Of a stretch of 64,000 bases of DNA, positions 50,899 to 60,946 are shown one piece after another; position 1 is the first letter of the stretch; every line of letters begins with the position of its first letter. The notes beneath the pieces are model-generated. The model made no database searches. It was not told the origin of the DNA and saw only the letters and a list, made by a program, of their open reading frames with translations. Made by a program: the position numbers and the translations under genes. The stretch covers positions 1 to 64,000 of the forward strand of contig JASLZZ010000129.1 of NCBI GenBank assembly GCA_030754595.1, read 5' to 3'. The stretch comes from Nitrospinota bacterium (GTDB lineage: Bacteria; UBA8248).

Positions 50899-51519
50899 TT
50901 ACGATGATGTGGGTATTGAAGCCTTGAGAACACCCTCCAGATACCGAATCATTCCGGGGCCGTCCCACTTGCGGGGCCCGATAAACTTGCGGATCAATAT
51001 ACCCTTAGGATCGATAACAAAGGTTTCGGGAACTCCGGTCGTCCGGTAAAGTTTTTTCACGCTTCCCCTCGAGTCGAGCAGGATCGGAAACGTAATTTCA
51101 AACCGATCCACCCACTTCCGGACAGGATCCGCTCCCAAGGCGTCGATGCTCACCCCAAGAATCTCAAACGGAGCGCCCTTGGTCTTCATCTTTTTGTAAA
51201 GGTTTTCCAGGTCGGGCATCTCGTCGATGCAGGGTGGGCACCATGTGGCCCATACGTTAACGAGCACGACCTTCTCTCTGTAGTCAGTGAGGCTGTCTGT
51301 CCCTCCTCCCAACAAGGGGAACGTAAAAAACGGGGCTGGCTTCCCCAGCACCGGAGCGGGAAACCTCGTATCGAGCCTCACGGGTTCGGTAGTCACCCCC
51401 ACCCAGAAAGCCCAGATTACCGTAACAACAACAGGCGTCAAGATAATGGCCAGTGCCCTTTTTCGAGCACTTGCCAAATGCTTTTCGACCTTTGGCTCTG
51501 ATGTTTGAACTGAATTCAT
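50899..51519 (-). CDS. TlpA/CcmG-like thiol-disulfide oxidoreductase
   Basis: TM anchor, NVWATWCPPCIDE, GVPETFVID. Confidence 0.9.
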   Translation of the reverse strand: MNSVQTSEPKVEKHLASARKRALAIILTPVVVTVIWAFWVGVTTEPVRLDTRFPAPVLGKPAPFFTFPLLGGGTDSLTDYREKVVLVNVWATWCPPCIDEMPDLENLYKKMKTKGAPFEILGVSIDALGADPVRKWVDRFEITFPILLDSRGSVKKLYRTTGVPETFVIDPKGILIRKFIGPRKWDGPGMIRYLEGVLKASIPTSS

Positions 51520-51537
51520 GACCGTCCCGCTGGTTGC

Positions 51538-52218
51538 CTAACCCTTTTCCTTGAGAAGATGAGCGATGAGGTCGAAAGCAGCCTCACTGTCCCACTCACG
51601 GGCTCCCATTCCATATGCCACTACACGCCCCGCCCGGTCGATAAGATATGTCGTCGGCAACGCACGGACCCGGTAAGCCTGCTTTACCCTGTTTTCGGGG
51701 TCCAAAAGAACCTGAAAATTTAGCTTCAGGCTTTCGGTGAATTTCCGGACCGCGTCGGAGTTTCCCAGGTCCACCGAGATGGCAATGATCTGAAAACCTC
51801 TGTCCTTGAATTTATCATAAGCACGCTGCATGGCCGGCATCTCGCGGATGCAGGGAGGACACCAGGTGGCCCAGAAATTCATAAGGATAATATTGCCTTT
51901 ATCTTGGCTCAACGACCGATTCTGCCCGTCAAGTGTCTTAAGAAAAAAATTCGCCGCTTCGGTCCGGCCGGCAAGGGGGAGAAAACTCATCTTCCTGAAT
52001 AAATCTATTTCACTAGTGCTTGTTTGAGGAGAAGGACCCCACACCGCATGCGAGAAAACATCTTCAAAAGGGCTTACCGCCAAAACCGTTCCCGTCACCA
52101 GGAAAAGAAGAAGCGCCGACAGAACAATCAATCGGTGCCCCCGAGGGCGCCTATCGCGTGGAGACAGACCCTCGACCCTTGAAGCCAAAACCACTTTGGG
52201 ATCAAAACGCATCGACAT
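51538..52218 (-). CDS. TlpA/CcmG-like thiol-disulfide oxidoreductase
   Basis: TM/signal, NFWATWCPPCIRE, ALPTTYLID. Confidence 0.9.
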   Translation of the reverse strand: MSMRFDPKVVLASRVEGLSPRDRRPRGHRLIVLSALLLFLVTGTVLAVSPFEDVFSHAVWGPSPQTSTSEIDLFRKMSFLPLAGRTEAANFFLKTLDGQNRSLSQDKGNIILMNFWATWCPPCIREMPAMQRAYDKFKDRGFQIIAISVDLGNSDAVRKFTESLKLNFQVLLDPENRVKQAYRVRALPTTYLIDRAGRVVAYGMGAREWDSEAAFDLIAHLLKEKG

Positions 52219-52268
52219 GTCTCATAAAAAAAAGATGCCGCTCCCAGCCAAAGGGCGCGGTCGAGGCC

Positions 52269-52799
52269 CTAGCTTTCGAACTCATCCAGTTCTCGCTGCA
52301 GGCGGCTCATCAAGGCATCATCTTGTCCTCCGTTCGAAGTGGGTTCTTTGAAGGCGGCCGATTCCTCATTTTTCCCCTGAGGGATTGCCGTCCAGGCTCG
52401 GACCAACACAAAAAACACGCCCAATCCGGCCAAAATCCCCGCGAATGGCAAACCCCAGGCTGTTAGATAGAATCCCTCCGCGGGCGGAGCGGGCAAAACA
52501 TTTTCCGCGCCGTATACCTCGACGAAGTATTGAAAAATTTTTTCTTTCGACTCCCCCGCCCGTGCCTTTCGGCGCACCAACTCACGCAACTGCGCACCTT
52601 CGGCGCTGGGGCAGGCCTGTAGAATTTTGCCAGGACAAACAGGGCTCATCAGCGTGTTGACGACTTCCAAATAAACACTATCGGGATCCTCGGCGGCCCT
52701 TCCATTCGTGACAGCCGCTACCGACCAAAATACTGCGGCCGCCAGCACGACGGCGAGACCCACGGACCGCCTCCTTGGAGAAAAATCTTTATTTCTCAT
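52269..52799 (-). CDS. ccmH: Cytochrome c biogenesis protein CcmH-like
   Basis: LMSPVCPGKILQAC, LRELVRRK...IFQYFVEVYG..VL..PP, TM helix; position in ccm cluster. Confidence 0.8.
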   Translation of the reverse strand: MRNKDFSPRRRSVGLAVVLAAAVFWSVAAVTNGRAAEDPDSVYLEVVNTLMSPVCPGKILQACPSAEGAQLRELVRRKARAGESKEKIFQYFVEVYGAENVLPAPPAEGFYLTAWGLPFAGILAGLGVFFVLVRAWTAIPQGKNEESAAFKEPTSNGGQDDALMSRLQRELDEFES

Positions 52800-52962
52800 C
52801 GGCCTGACTCTCTGGTGATTGAATCCCAGGCGCGGAGAACCCTTTTACGGAGGAGTTAGCCGAAAATTCGGCTTTAAGGCGAGCCGTTCTGGAGTAAAGG
52901 GCCCACCAGTAAAATCCCATCGCACCCAAAACGATTAGATAGGCGGCAGCCACATAGCCCAT
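52789..52962 (-). CDS. ccmD: Heme exporter protein CcmD (57 aa, absent from the ORF track)
   Basis: MGYVAAAYLIVLGAMGFYWWALYSRTARLK... starts immediately after the ccmC stop; YVxxAY plus TM plus basic tail. Confidence 0.8.
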   Translation of the reverse strand: MGYVAAAYLIVLGAMGFYWWALYSRTARLKAEFSANSSVKGFSAPGIQSPESQADEK

Positions 52963-53721
52963 TTAGCCCTCCCGCTCGGCGCGGACAGCCTCGAGGCGCT
53001 CATGGAGAACTTCCAGCGCCGTCCGCCGTCTCACAAAGTAGATGAACACAAGAGTAAACGCCAACAATGAAGCCCACAGAGCAATGTGCATCGGGGCGGG
53101 AAGCTCCCCCATCCCTCCCGACCGCATGATCACCGGACCGGGGTGAAGCGTCCGCCACCATTTTACCGACATATGCACAATCGGCACGTCGATGAAACCG
53201 ATGATACCGAGGACGGCCGAGAAACGCGCCCGTTGCTCTTGGTCGGTCATGTAGGAGCGAAGCATAAGGTATGCCACATAGATCAACCATAAAATCAGGG
53301 ATGTCGTCAGCCGCGCATCCCAGGTCCACCACACGCCCCATACCGGGTGCGCCCAGATCGGACCTGTGATAAGGACCAAAGTGCAGAACACCATGCCGAC
53401 CTCGGCGCAGGAATAGGCCCGGATGTCGTCGGCCGCGTTTCGCCAAATGAGATAGCGAACAGAGAATATGAACACCAGGAAAAACGCGAGGAAGGCAATC
53501 CAGGCGGAAGGGACGTGGACATAAAATATCCGTTGCGCCACTCCCTGCCGCGCCGTCGTAGCAATGAAAATATCCGCGTAAACGGCGAATGTCAGGGTAG
53601 CCACCCCCGCGAGCGCGAGCCAGCGGTTAACATTCTCCTCTCGAGTCCATACGATCATGGCGATAACAAAAAAGGACGCCAGGAAGATCAATTCATAAAG
53701 GCCCAAACGCTCATCCTCCAA
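52963..53721 (-). CDS. ccmC: Heme exporter protein CcmC
   Basis: IFYVHVP, WWD domain TGPIWAHPVWGVWWTWDARLT, WWRTLHP. Confidence 0.95.
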   Translation of the reverse strand: MEDERLGLYELIFLASFFVIAMIVWTREENVNRWLALAGVATLTFAVYADIFIATTARQGVAQRIFYVHVPSAWIAFLAFFLVFIFSVRYLIWRNAADDIRAYSCAEVGMVFCTLVLITGPIWAHPVWGVWWTWDARLTTSLILWLIYVAYLMLRSYMTDQEQRARFSAVLGIIGFIDVPIVHMSVKWWRTLHPGPVIMRSGGMGELPAPMHIALWASLLAFTLVFIYFVRRRTALEVLHERLEAVRAEREG

Positions 53722-53808
53722 AAGATCAAGATGGGGAAAATGGCCAAAATCAGAAACTCTCCGAATTTAAAATTTTCCTCGCCAATCAACCACCGGACAT
53801 GGCTGCGA

Positions 53809-54492
53809 TCATTCCTCCAAAATATACTCGAACGTCACCGCCGAGGCCGCAATAAAAATCAGATCGTACGCGCCGAGCATCTTTATCCAGTCGCCCGTAT
53901 CCGCCCAGCCCGCACCGCCTAAGGCGGCAACTGTTGCTTTAACGGCGGCGATCAGCACCGGAACCAACAAGGGAAACAAAACGACGGGAAGCAAGACGTC
54001 GCGGATACGCGTCCTAGCGGTCATCGCCGCAAACAGCGTTCCAACAGCCGAAATCCCGATAGTCGCCGCAAAAGCAACAAGGGCCAGAACTCCCAGATTC
54101 TCCCACACCTTCGCCCGGTAAAATACAGCGAGAGCCATGAACCCGACCACCTCCATGACGGCAATCAAAATGAAGATGGAAATCATTTTCCCGAAAAAAA
54201 GGGCAGAGGGATCTGCCGGAGTCAGCCGCATCGCCGAAAATCCATTACTCTCTCGTTCTATCCCCATCGAACGGGACATACCAATCACGGAGGAAAATAA
54301 AAAGGCGACCCATAAAATCCCCGCCTGTATGGGCGCCTCCCCCCCACCTAATCCAGGACCGAAAGCAAAGCTGAACAAGGTCAACACGAGCAGCGCGAAA
54401 ACAAGCATAACCAAGAGGCTTTCCCGCGTCCTAAGCTCCACGCGGAGATCTTTTTCAATGACCGCCCAAATAACGGAGAAGAAAAATTTCAT
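53809..54492 (-). CDS. ccmB: Heme exporter protein CcmB
   Basis: KDLRVELR, GILWVAFLF, LLPVVLFPLLVPVLI, FEYILEE. Confidence 0.93.
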   Translation of the reverse strand: MKFFFSVIWAVIEKDLRVELRTRESLLVMLVFALLVLTLFSFAFGPGLGGGEAPIQAGILWVAFLFSSVIGMSRSMGIERESNGFSAMRLTPADPSALFFGKMISIFILIAVMEVVGFMALAVFYRAKVWENLGVLALVAFAATIGISAVGTLFAAMTARTRIRDVLLPVVLFPLLVPVLIAAVKATVAALGGAGWADTGDWIKMLGAYDLIFIAASAVTFEYILEE

Positions 54493-55212
54493 TCACCCTC
54501 CCTCCCCCAGTGCCGCCGAGACCATCTCGACGGATGTCTCGCAGGAAGGCGCCCGAAGCACCACCTCCCCTTTGGAGAGGACCACAACATTATCAGACAA
54601 GCTAAGCGCACGCGGAATATCGTGTTCGGTCAGCAAAAAACTCCGGGGAGCGCCGTCTTCGAACCTTCCTTCACCCGAAAAATCCCGGAGGATAGATTCC
54701 AATCCGGCGGCGGCCACCTGGTCGAGCCCCGCAAACGGCTCGTCCAACAGGAAAAACTCCGGTTCATGGAGCATGGCCCGGGCCAAAGCCGCCCGCTGGC
54801 GAAGACCCTGGCTCAGCGTGTTGATTGGCTCGTTCAGGCGTTCACTAATACCCAGGACCTCGGCAAACCGCTCGCACCGCCCTGCCACCACCTCCTCTGG
54901 AAGACAAAAGAGCCTGGCGAAAAATTCGAGATTCTCTCTCAGTGTAAGGGAGGGGTACATTAGGGGATCGTGCCCGAGGAGTCCGATTCTCGCCCGATCC
55001 CTGGTGGACACTGGGTTTCCAGAGATGAGAACTTCCCCCTTGTTGGGCCGGAGCAGCCCGGAAAGAATCCGGAGAAGGGTCGTCTTTCCGGATCCATTTG
55101 CCCCGAGAAGCGCAACCCGGCTACCCCGCTCAAGGGAAAAATTCACCTCTCGGAGAGCCCACCGCCACCCAAACCGGCGTGAGACGCCAACCGCTTCCAG
55201 GTTTGCGAGCAT
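54493..55212 (-). CDS. ccmA: Heme exporter ATP-binding protein CcmA
   Basis: GANGSGKTT, LGH, LSQGLRQR, LLDEPF; directly before ccmB. Confidence 0.9.
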   Translation of the reverse strand: MLANLEAVGVSRRFGWRWALREVNFSLERGSRVALLGANGSGKTTLLRILSGLLRPNKGEVLISGNPVSTRDRARIGLLGHDPLMYPSLTLRENLEFFARLFCLPEEVVAGRCERFAEVLGISERLNEPINTLSQGLRQRAALARAMLHEPEFFLLDEPFAGLDQVAAAGLESILRDFSGEGRFEDGAPRSFLLTEHDIPRALSLSDNVVVLSKGEVVLRAPSCETSVEMVSAALGEGG

Positions 55213-56181
55213 CTAGCGGGAAATCTCCCTGAGACGCTCGAAACGGGAAACCCGGACGGACTCAAACTCGCTGTCGGAGATTTCCCCCTGCGCCCGGCGG
55301 TCGTCGAGGGCCGCGATGGCGCGGACAAGCTCGTCCCGCTTCGCCTGAAGGGTCAACTCCTGCTTCCTCCTTCCGCGAATCCAGAAGGCCAGCCCAGTGC
55401 CGAGGATAAAAACACCTCCCCCGGCAGCGAAAAAATAATAAATTCCGCCCCCCGAATCCGGCGCCTTGAGGGCAAAACGGACCACACCTCCCGATCGGGA
55501 GGCGGTGGCATAGGACTCGTACTCACCGTCCTGGAACTTAACCGGATTGGCAACGATAAAACCCTCGGCCTCCACCTGCACCCGGTCTTTTTCGGGGAGA
55601 AGGGCGAAGCTCGGAGTGCCATAAACGATGGGGCGCTCGACGAAGATACCCCCGAACTCATCCGCTAGACGATAGAACAGGCCGACTAGCTTCATCCCGG
55701 GCGGGATCGGCTCGGTCGATAAAATCTCCTCGCCCGCCCATTGGACATTCTTCGGATCGAGGCCCTGCACCGGAGCGGTCAGCTCCGCTCTCGGATTGCG
55801 AATGTTGTTGCTCTTCGGGAGTGCGAATCGCAGCGTCGGCGCGCCTCCCTTCGAAACGATAGTTTTTTTCCCCCGATTCTCGAACATGAAGATTTCACGA
55901 ACCTCAAAAAATCCCTTGGCCAGGCGGGCAAACAGGAGGTTCCGAGAGAGGGTGAGCCGGGAGGTGTCCGTCGTTGTCCCGCCCGTAGGTGCCAGCGAGC
56001 CGGGGGCCTTTTCCGGGGACGCGGTAGTTGATGGGGAGCCGGGGGCTTTTCGGGGCTGCGCGGCCGTTGATGGGGATGTCTTGTCCGCCGGGGCGGAGAA
56101 GGCGAAAATTTCGATCCCGAACGACGCAAAAAGGAATACCGACACAAATACAATGGCTTGTCTAATATTCCAACTATTCAC
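55213..56181 (-). CDS. Uncharacterised exported protein with C-terminal TM and SHOCT-like tail, within ccm cluster
   Basis: Signal peptide, Pro/Ser/Thr linker, beta-rich domain, TM, RDELVRAIAALDDRRAQGEISDSEF. Confidence 0.75.
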   Translation of the reverse strand: MNSWNIRQAIVFVSVFLFASFGIEIFAFSAPADKTSPSTAAQPRKAPGSPSTTASPEKAPGSLAPTGGTTTDTSRLTLSRNLLFARLAKGFFEVREIFMFENRGKKTIVSKGGAPTLRFALPKSNNIRNPRAELTAPVQGLDPKNVQWAGEEILSTEPIPPGMKLVGLFYRLADEFGGIFVERPIVYGTPSFALLPEKDRVQVEAEGFIVANPVKFQDGEYESYATASRSGGVVRFALKAPDSGGGIYYFFAAGGGVFILGTGLAFWIRGRRKQELTLQAKRDELVRAIAALDDRRAQGEISDSEFESVRVSRFERLREISR

Positions 56182-56253
56182 TTTAATTTACTCCCGCAAC
56201 CTGTGAAAAATCACGACCCTTTCCGGCCTGCACCCCGCGAACGTTCCAATGAT

Positions 56254-56922
56254 TCACTTTAACTTACTCCCGCAACCGGGGCAAAATTTATGGCTTTTCT
56301 CGGCCCGTGCCCCGCACTCCGGGCAAAACTCCGCCTTTTCATCCACTTCGGCGGATTCTTCTACGGCGGAGCCCGGCCCATCGAGCTGAATCCCACCCTC
56401 CACCTTCTCATCCACACCGGCGGAGCCCTGCCCGGCGGAGCCCTTCGGCGGCAGGACCTTCCTGTGGCGCAGGATTTCAGCCTCGAGCCTCTCGTCGATG
56501 CGTTCCTCCTCGCTCGGGGCCGAGCCCGCCCTGGCGGTGAAAGGCGTCAATTTCGGGTCCAGGGCGGCGTCCACCGCCTCGCCCTCGCCGAGATAGGCGG
56601 GGACCATTCCCTCCTTCACCCCGCAGGCCTCAAGGCGCCTCAGGGCGTTCAGCGCCCCCGACCGCGCCCGGCCAATCATCTCCCCATAATCCTCCTCCGA
56701 GAGCTTACCCATCTCCCGGTCCATGTCGATCTCCCGGATGTTGCGGTAGGCCTGCTCCCGCTCGATCAGCAGCCGCGCGATCTCCACTCCCGCCGCGTCG
56801 GCGGCGTCGGCCTCGCCGCTTCCTCCGGTCCCCGCCACGGCCGGACGGCCGAGGGGCCAGAGCGCATACGCAAACGCGGCCAAAATTATCGCCGCAACGC
56901 CGATCAGGCCCAGAGTCTCCAT
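56254..56922 (-). CDS. CcmI-N-like membrane protein with C-terminal zinc ribbon
   Basis: TM ending WPL, REQAYRNIREIDMDREMGKLSEEDY, CPECG...FCPGCG. Confidence 0.75.
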   Translation of the reverse strand: METLGLIGVAAIILAAFAYALWPLGRPAVAGTGGSGEADAADAAGVEIARLLIEREQAYRNIREIDMDREMGKLSEEDYGEMIGRARSGALNALRRLEACGVKEGMVPAYLGEGEAVDAALDPKLTPFTARAGSAPSEEERIDERLEAEILRHRKVLPPKGSAGQGSAGVDEKVEGGIQLDGPGSAVEESAEVDEKAEFCPECGARAEKSHKFCPGCGSKLK

Positions 56923-56925
56923 CCC

Positions 56926-58905
56926 CTAGGCTCCTGCCGCGGTGGGCTTCGCCCGCCGCCGCCGGCCCCACCGCTCCGGCAAAAAGCACACGATCGTCCC
57001 GAGGGTGAAAACGTAGCCCCCGGCCCATATCCAGTTAATAAGGGGGTTAATCATGAACTTAAAGGTCGCCGAGCCATCCTCGTCCACATCGGCGAACACC
57101 GCGTAAATGTCCTCGGTAAAACCATAGCGGATTCCCGCCTCCGTCGTCGGCTGGGGCGGGGTGAAATAGAGACGCTTTTCGGCCTCGATCTCCCCCAGCC
57201 GGGCGCCCTTCTTGAAGACCGCGAGGCGGGCGAACGCCGATTGGTACTGAGGCGATCGCTCCTGGCGAACTCCCTCGTACTTGAACCGCGTCCCCTCCAT
57301 CTCAAAACTCTGGCCCAGCGAGAGACGGACCTCGCCCACCTGCTGATAGGCCGACGAGGCGGCCACCCCGATGAAAATCAGGGCCATCGCAAAGTGGACG
57401 ATGTAGCCCCCGAAGCGCCGTTTGTTGCGCATCGTCAGCTCCCAGGCGGCCGCGAAAATCCCGTCGCCCTGGTGGCGCCGCCGCGCCGAGATCCCCCGGT
57501 AGTATTCGAGGAAAATCGTCGCGATCATAAAGATGCAAAGCGAGAAGGCGAGGACCGCATAAACGTGCCTCACCCCGAGAGTCACCAGCGCCGCCAGCGA
57601 GGCCAGGGCGACGATGACGGGATAGGTGAAATTCTTCCGGAGCATCTTCGTCGAGGCCCGCCTCCAGGCGAGGAGCGGCGAGACGCCCGCCAGGAGTATC
57701 AGCAACAGCCCGATGGGCACATTCACCTGATTGAAAAACGGGGGGCCTACCGTTACCTTCACCCCTTTCACCGCCTCGCTGAGCACCGGGAACATCGTCC
57801 CCCAGAAAACAGAGAAAGTCATGCCGACGAGGACAACATTGTTCAAAAGAAAACTCGCCTCGCGCGAGAAAAAACTCTCCATCTCGTGTTCGCTCTTGAG
57901 CATGGGGAGCCGCCAGATCACCAGACCGAAACCGAAGATCAGGGTAATGACGATGTAGGCCAGGAACACCCAGCCGAAGCTGCTGCTCGCGAAGGCGTGA
58001 ACGCTCGAGATGATGCCGCTGCGGGTGATGAACGTGCCAAACAGGGTGAGCGCATAGGTGATGATGATCAGCGAGACGTTCCAGACCTTCAGCATCCCCC
58101 GCTTTTCCTGAATCATCACCGAATGAAGAAAAGCCGTCCCCATGAGCCAGGGCATCAGGCTGGCATTCTCCACCGGGTCCCACGCCCAGTAGCCTCCCCA
58201 GCCGAGCTCGCGGTAGGCCCAGGCGCCGCCGAGCAGAATCCCCATCCCGTTAAAAAACCAGGCCGTGAGCGTCCAGCGCCGGGTGGTGGATATCCAGGCG
58301 GAATCGAGCTTTCCGGACACGAGGGCCCCGACGCAAAACGCAAAGGGAACCGCGAAACCCACATACCCCAAAAAAAGATTCGGCGGGTGAATCACCATCC
58401 CCCAGTCCTGAAGCAGCGGATTGAGCCCCTGCCCGTTCAGGGGCGGGTTCGGCAGGGTATCGAAGGGGGGAGTCACGAAATTCAGGATTGTCATGAAGAA
58501 GGCGGCCGTCACCATGAGCGTCGCCGTAACGTAGGGCATCAACTCGATGTTCCGGTGGCGGTTTTGCCGCAGGACGATGAACGCGAATATGCAAAGCAGA
58601 AGCAGCCAGAAGAGAAGGCTACCCTTCTGCCCTCCCCATAGGCCGCTGAACCGGTAGAAGGCATTCAGATTGTTGTCCACGATACTGGTGACGTATTCGA
58701 CTCGGTAGTCCCGGACGAGCAGCAAGACGACGAGGCTGGCGCTCGCCGCCGATACCAGCGCGAATACGGCGGTGGCGGCGTTGCGACCGGCGGAGATGAG
58801 TTCCGGCCGTTTTTTCAGGCCGCCCCAAACCGAGGCGGCGGCGCTGAACAAAGCAAGGACATAGGCGGCCCAGAGACCGTAGTGTCCGAGTTCAATCAGG
58901 AACAT
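56926..58905 (-). CDS. ccmF: Cytochrome c heme lyase CcmF
   Basis: WGGQKGSLLFW, GLNPLLQ, HPP, WGGYWAWDPVENAS, SVHAF. Confidence 0.97.
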   Translation of the reverse strand: MFLIELGHYGLWAAYVLALFSAAASVWGGLKKRPELISAGRNAATAVFALVSAASASLVVLLLVRDYRVEYVTSIVDNNLNAFYRFSGLWGGQKGSLLFWLLLLCIFAFIVLRQNRHRNIELMPYVTATLMVTAAFFMTILNFVTPPFDTLPNPPLNGQGLNPLLQDWGMVIHPPNLFLGYVGFAVPFAFCVGALVSGKLDSAWISTTRRWTLTAWFFNGMGILLGGAWAYRELGWGGYWAWDPVENASLMPWLMGTAFLHSVMIQEKRGMLKVWNVSLIIITYALTLFGTFITRSGIISSVHAFASSSFGWVFLAYIVITLIFGFGLVIWRLPMLKSEHEMESFFSREASFLLNNVVLVGMTFSVFWGTMFPVLSEAVKGVKVTVGPPFFNQVNVPIGLLLILLAGVSPLLAWRRASTKMLRKNFTYPVIVALASLAALVTLGVRHVYAVLAFSLCIFMIATIFLEYYRGISARRRHQGDGIFAAAWELTMRNKRRFGGYIVHFAMALIFIGVAASSAYQQVGEVRLSLGQSFEMEGTRFKYEGVRQERSPQYQSAFARLAVFKKGARLGEIEAEKRLYFTPPQPTTEAGIRYGFTEDIYAVFADVDEDGSATFKFMINPLINWIWAGGYVFTLGTIVCFLPERWGRRRRAKPTAAGA

Positions 58906-58974
58906 CGAGTAGCTCCCTGGGCAATTTGTATGCCGGAAATAATAACCGCGCCGGGCAACCGGTGCGGTGGAGGG

Positions 58975-59451
58975 CTAGTTTTTCGATTCGGTCTTTTTCG
59001 CCGCAATATCAATGAGCTTCAAATGATCGGCAGCGTCCGGGACTTCCTCTCCCGCCTTCTTCATCTCCGTGAATTTCGAAGGGCAGGCCACCATCAGGTT
59101 TTTCGCCACGAGAACCCCTTGGGCGTTGATTTTTCCCTCGGCGATGACGGGAAACCCGTTTTCAAGGAGGTCGGGCGGAACCCCGGTGTAATTCACAGGA
59201 AGAACCGCATTTTTCCCCTGAAGGCTGAACGAAAGGAGCATGGCCTCCGAATTCCGCGAGAGGGAGTGGGGAACGAGCTTTCCCTCCACCCGGATTCCCT
59301 GCCCCGAAAGGCTTTGGCCCTTATCCGCGATTTCATCGACCGTCAGGAAGTAGGAAAGGTTTTCGCTCTGGAAACTTGTGAAAAACAAAAAGAGAAACGC
59401 GCTGAGAAGGACAGCCCCAGCGATAAGGAATTTTATCCGATTTACGTTCAT
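58975..59451 (-). CDS. ccmE: Heme chaperone CcmE, Cys-type variant
   Basis: TM anchor, YFLTV.E, IRVEG, YTGVPPD, LMVACPSKF. Confidence 0.9.
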   Translation of the reverse strand: MNVNRIKFLIAGAVLLSAFLFLFFTSFQSENLSYFLTVDEIADKGQSLSGQGIRVEGKLVPHSLSRNSEAMLLSFSLQGKNAVLPVNYTGVPPDLLENGFPVIAEGKINAQGVLVAKNLMVACPSKFTEMKKAGEEVPDAADHLKLIDIAAKKTESKN

Positions 59452-59599
59452 TCATGCCCCCGGTGCAGGACTCCGATTAAAAGCGGCAGTAACCTCTCCT
59501 TAAAGAATACGTTTCAAAACCTTATCTTTCAACAGGAAACCGGAAAAATCGGGAAAATATTCCTCTTCTCCGGACGGAATCCGGAAATCGGCGACCTGC

Positions 59600-59646
59600 A
59601 AAAAAACGACCCCCGGCTCGCCGGCGCATCGGCAAGCCGGGGGTCG
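59600..59646 (-). terminator. Intrinsic terminator after ilvC
   Basis: CGACCCCCGGCT / AGCCGGGGGTCG stem with a T7 tail on the minus strand. Confidence 0.75.
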
Positions 59647-59671
59647 AATTCCACGCTTTCGGCGATCGGGA

Positions 59672-60703
59672 TTACTTGACCTCCCGCTCCTCGATCCAGG
59701 GCATCATCGCCCGGAGACGGGCGCCGACGACCTCGATGGGATGCTCCTTTTCCTTGCGGACCACGGTGTTGAACGTGGGCCGGCCCACCATGTTCTCGTT
59801 AATCCACTCGCCGGCGAAATCGCCCGATTGAATTTCCTGGAGAATTCCCTTCATGCGCTCGCGGGTTCCCTCGTCGATCACCCTCTTCCCGCGCGTGATG
59901 TCGCCGTACTCGGCGGTGTCCGAGACCGAGTAGCGCATCATCGTGATGCCGCCCTGGTAGATGAGATCGGTGATGAGTTTCACCTCGTGGAGGCACTCGA
60001 AATAGGCCAGCGCCGGCTGATAGCCCGCCTCGACCAGCGTTTCGAACGCCGCCCGGATGAGCTCGGAGATTCCGCCGCAAAGGACGGCCTGCTCCCCGAA
60101 AAGGTCGGTCTCGGTCTCCTCCTCGATGGTGGTTTCGATGATGCCGGCCCGCGCGCAGCCCACCGCCTTGCCGTAGGCGAGCGCGTAGTCCCGCGCCTTG
60201 CCGGTGGCGTCCTGGAACACCGCCACCAGGCCGGGAACGCCGCGGCCGTCCTCGTACTGAAACCGCATGGTGTGGCCCGGGCTCTTGGGCGCGATCATCA
60301 CCACGTCGATATTGTCGGCCGGGATAATCTGACCATAGTTCAGGTTGAAACCGTGCGCGACGACGAAGGCGTCGCCGTCCTTCATGTTGGGCTCGATGTC
60401 GTTTTTCCAGATACCTGACTGGAGATGGTCCTGGGTCAGCATGACTACCATGTCGCCCGCCTTCGCCGCCTCGGCGGTCTCCATCACCTCGAGGCCGTCG
60501 TCCTCGGCCTGTTTCCACCGGGCGGAGGTTTTGCGGAGGCCGACCACCACCTTGGCCCCGCTGTCCTGGCAGTTGAGGGCGTGCGCCCGGCCCTGGCTGC
60601 CGTAGCCGATGACTGCGATGGTCCTGTCCTGAAGCAAGTTCAGGTCGGCATCGGCGTCGTAGTAGATTTTCAGATCTTTCAGAAGTTCATCGGAATTGGT
60701 CAT
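59672..60703 (-). CDS. ilvC: Ketol-acid reductoisomerase
   Basis: [45 protein letters not shown]; start ATG 60703. Confidence 0.97.
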   Translation of the reverse strand: MTNSDELLKDLKIYYDADADLNLLQDRTIAVIGYGSQGRAHALNCQDSGAKVVVGLRKTSARWKQAEDDGLEVMETAEAAKAGDMVVMLTQDHLQSGIWKNDIEPNMKDGDAFVVAHGFNLNYGQIIPADNIDVVMIAPKSPGHTMRFQYEDGRGVPGLVAVFQDATGKARDYALAYGKAVGCARAGIIETTIEEETETDLFGEQAVLCGGISELIRAAFETLVEAGYQPALAYFECLHEVKLITDLIYQGGITMMRYSVSDTAEYGDITRGKRVIDEGTRERMKGILQEIQSGDFAGEWINENMVGRPTFNTVVRKEKEHPIEVVGARLRAMMPWIEEREVK

Positions 60704-60946
60704 GACTTTCGCCCCTTCGGCTGTTCGAAAAAGAAATCCACAGCGCGCGCCGATAAGGGCGAGCGCATCGCCATATCGCAGGATAGGCCCTGAAAAATGA
60801 CGGTCTAATCTAGGGACCGTAGACGAGGGTGTCAAGGCGGAACGAGGGCCTTGATGCTTCCGCCCGTTACCCCTTATGGTGGCTCTTGACCTGAGGTTTC
60901 ACCGGTTTCCGCCCCCACGGCCCTACCCTATCGGTCAGGAGCGAAT

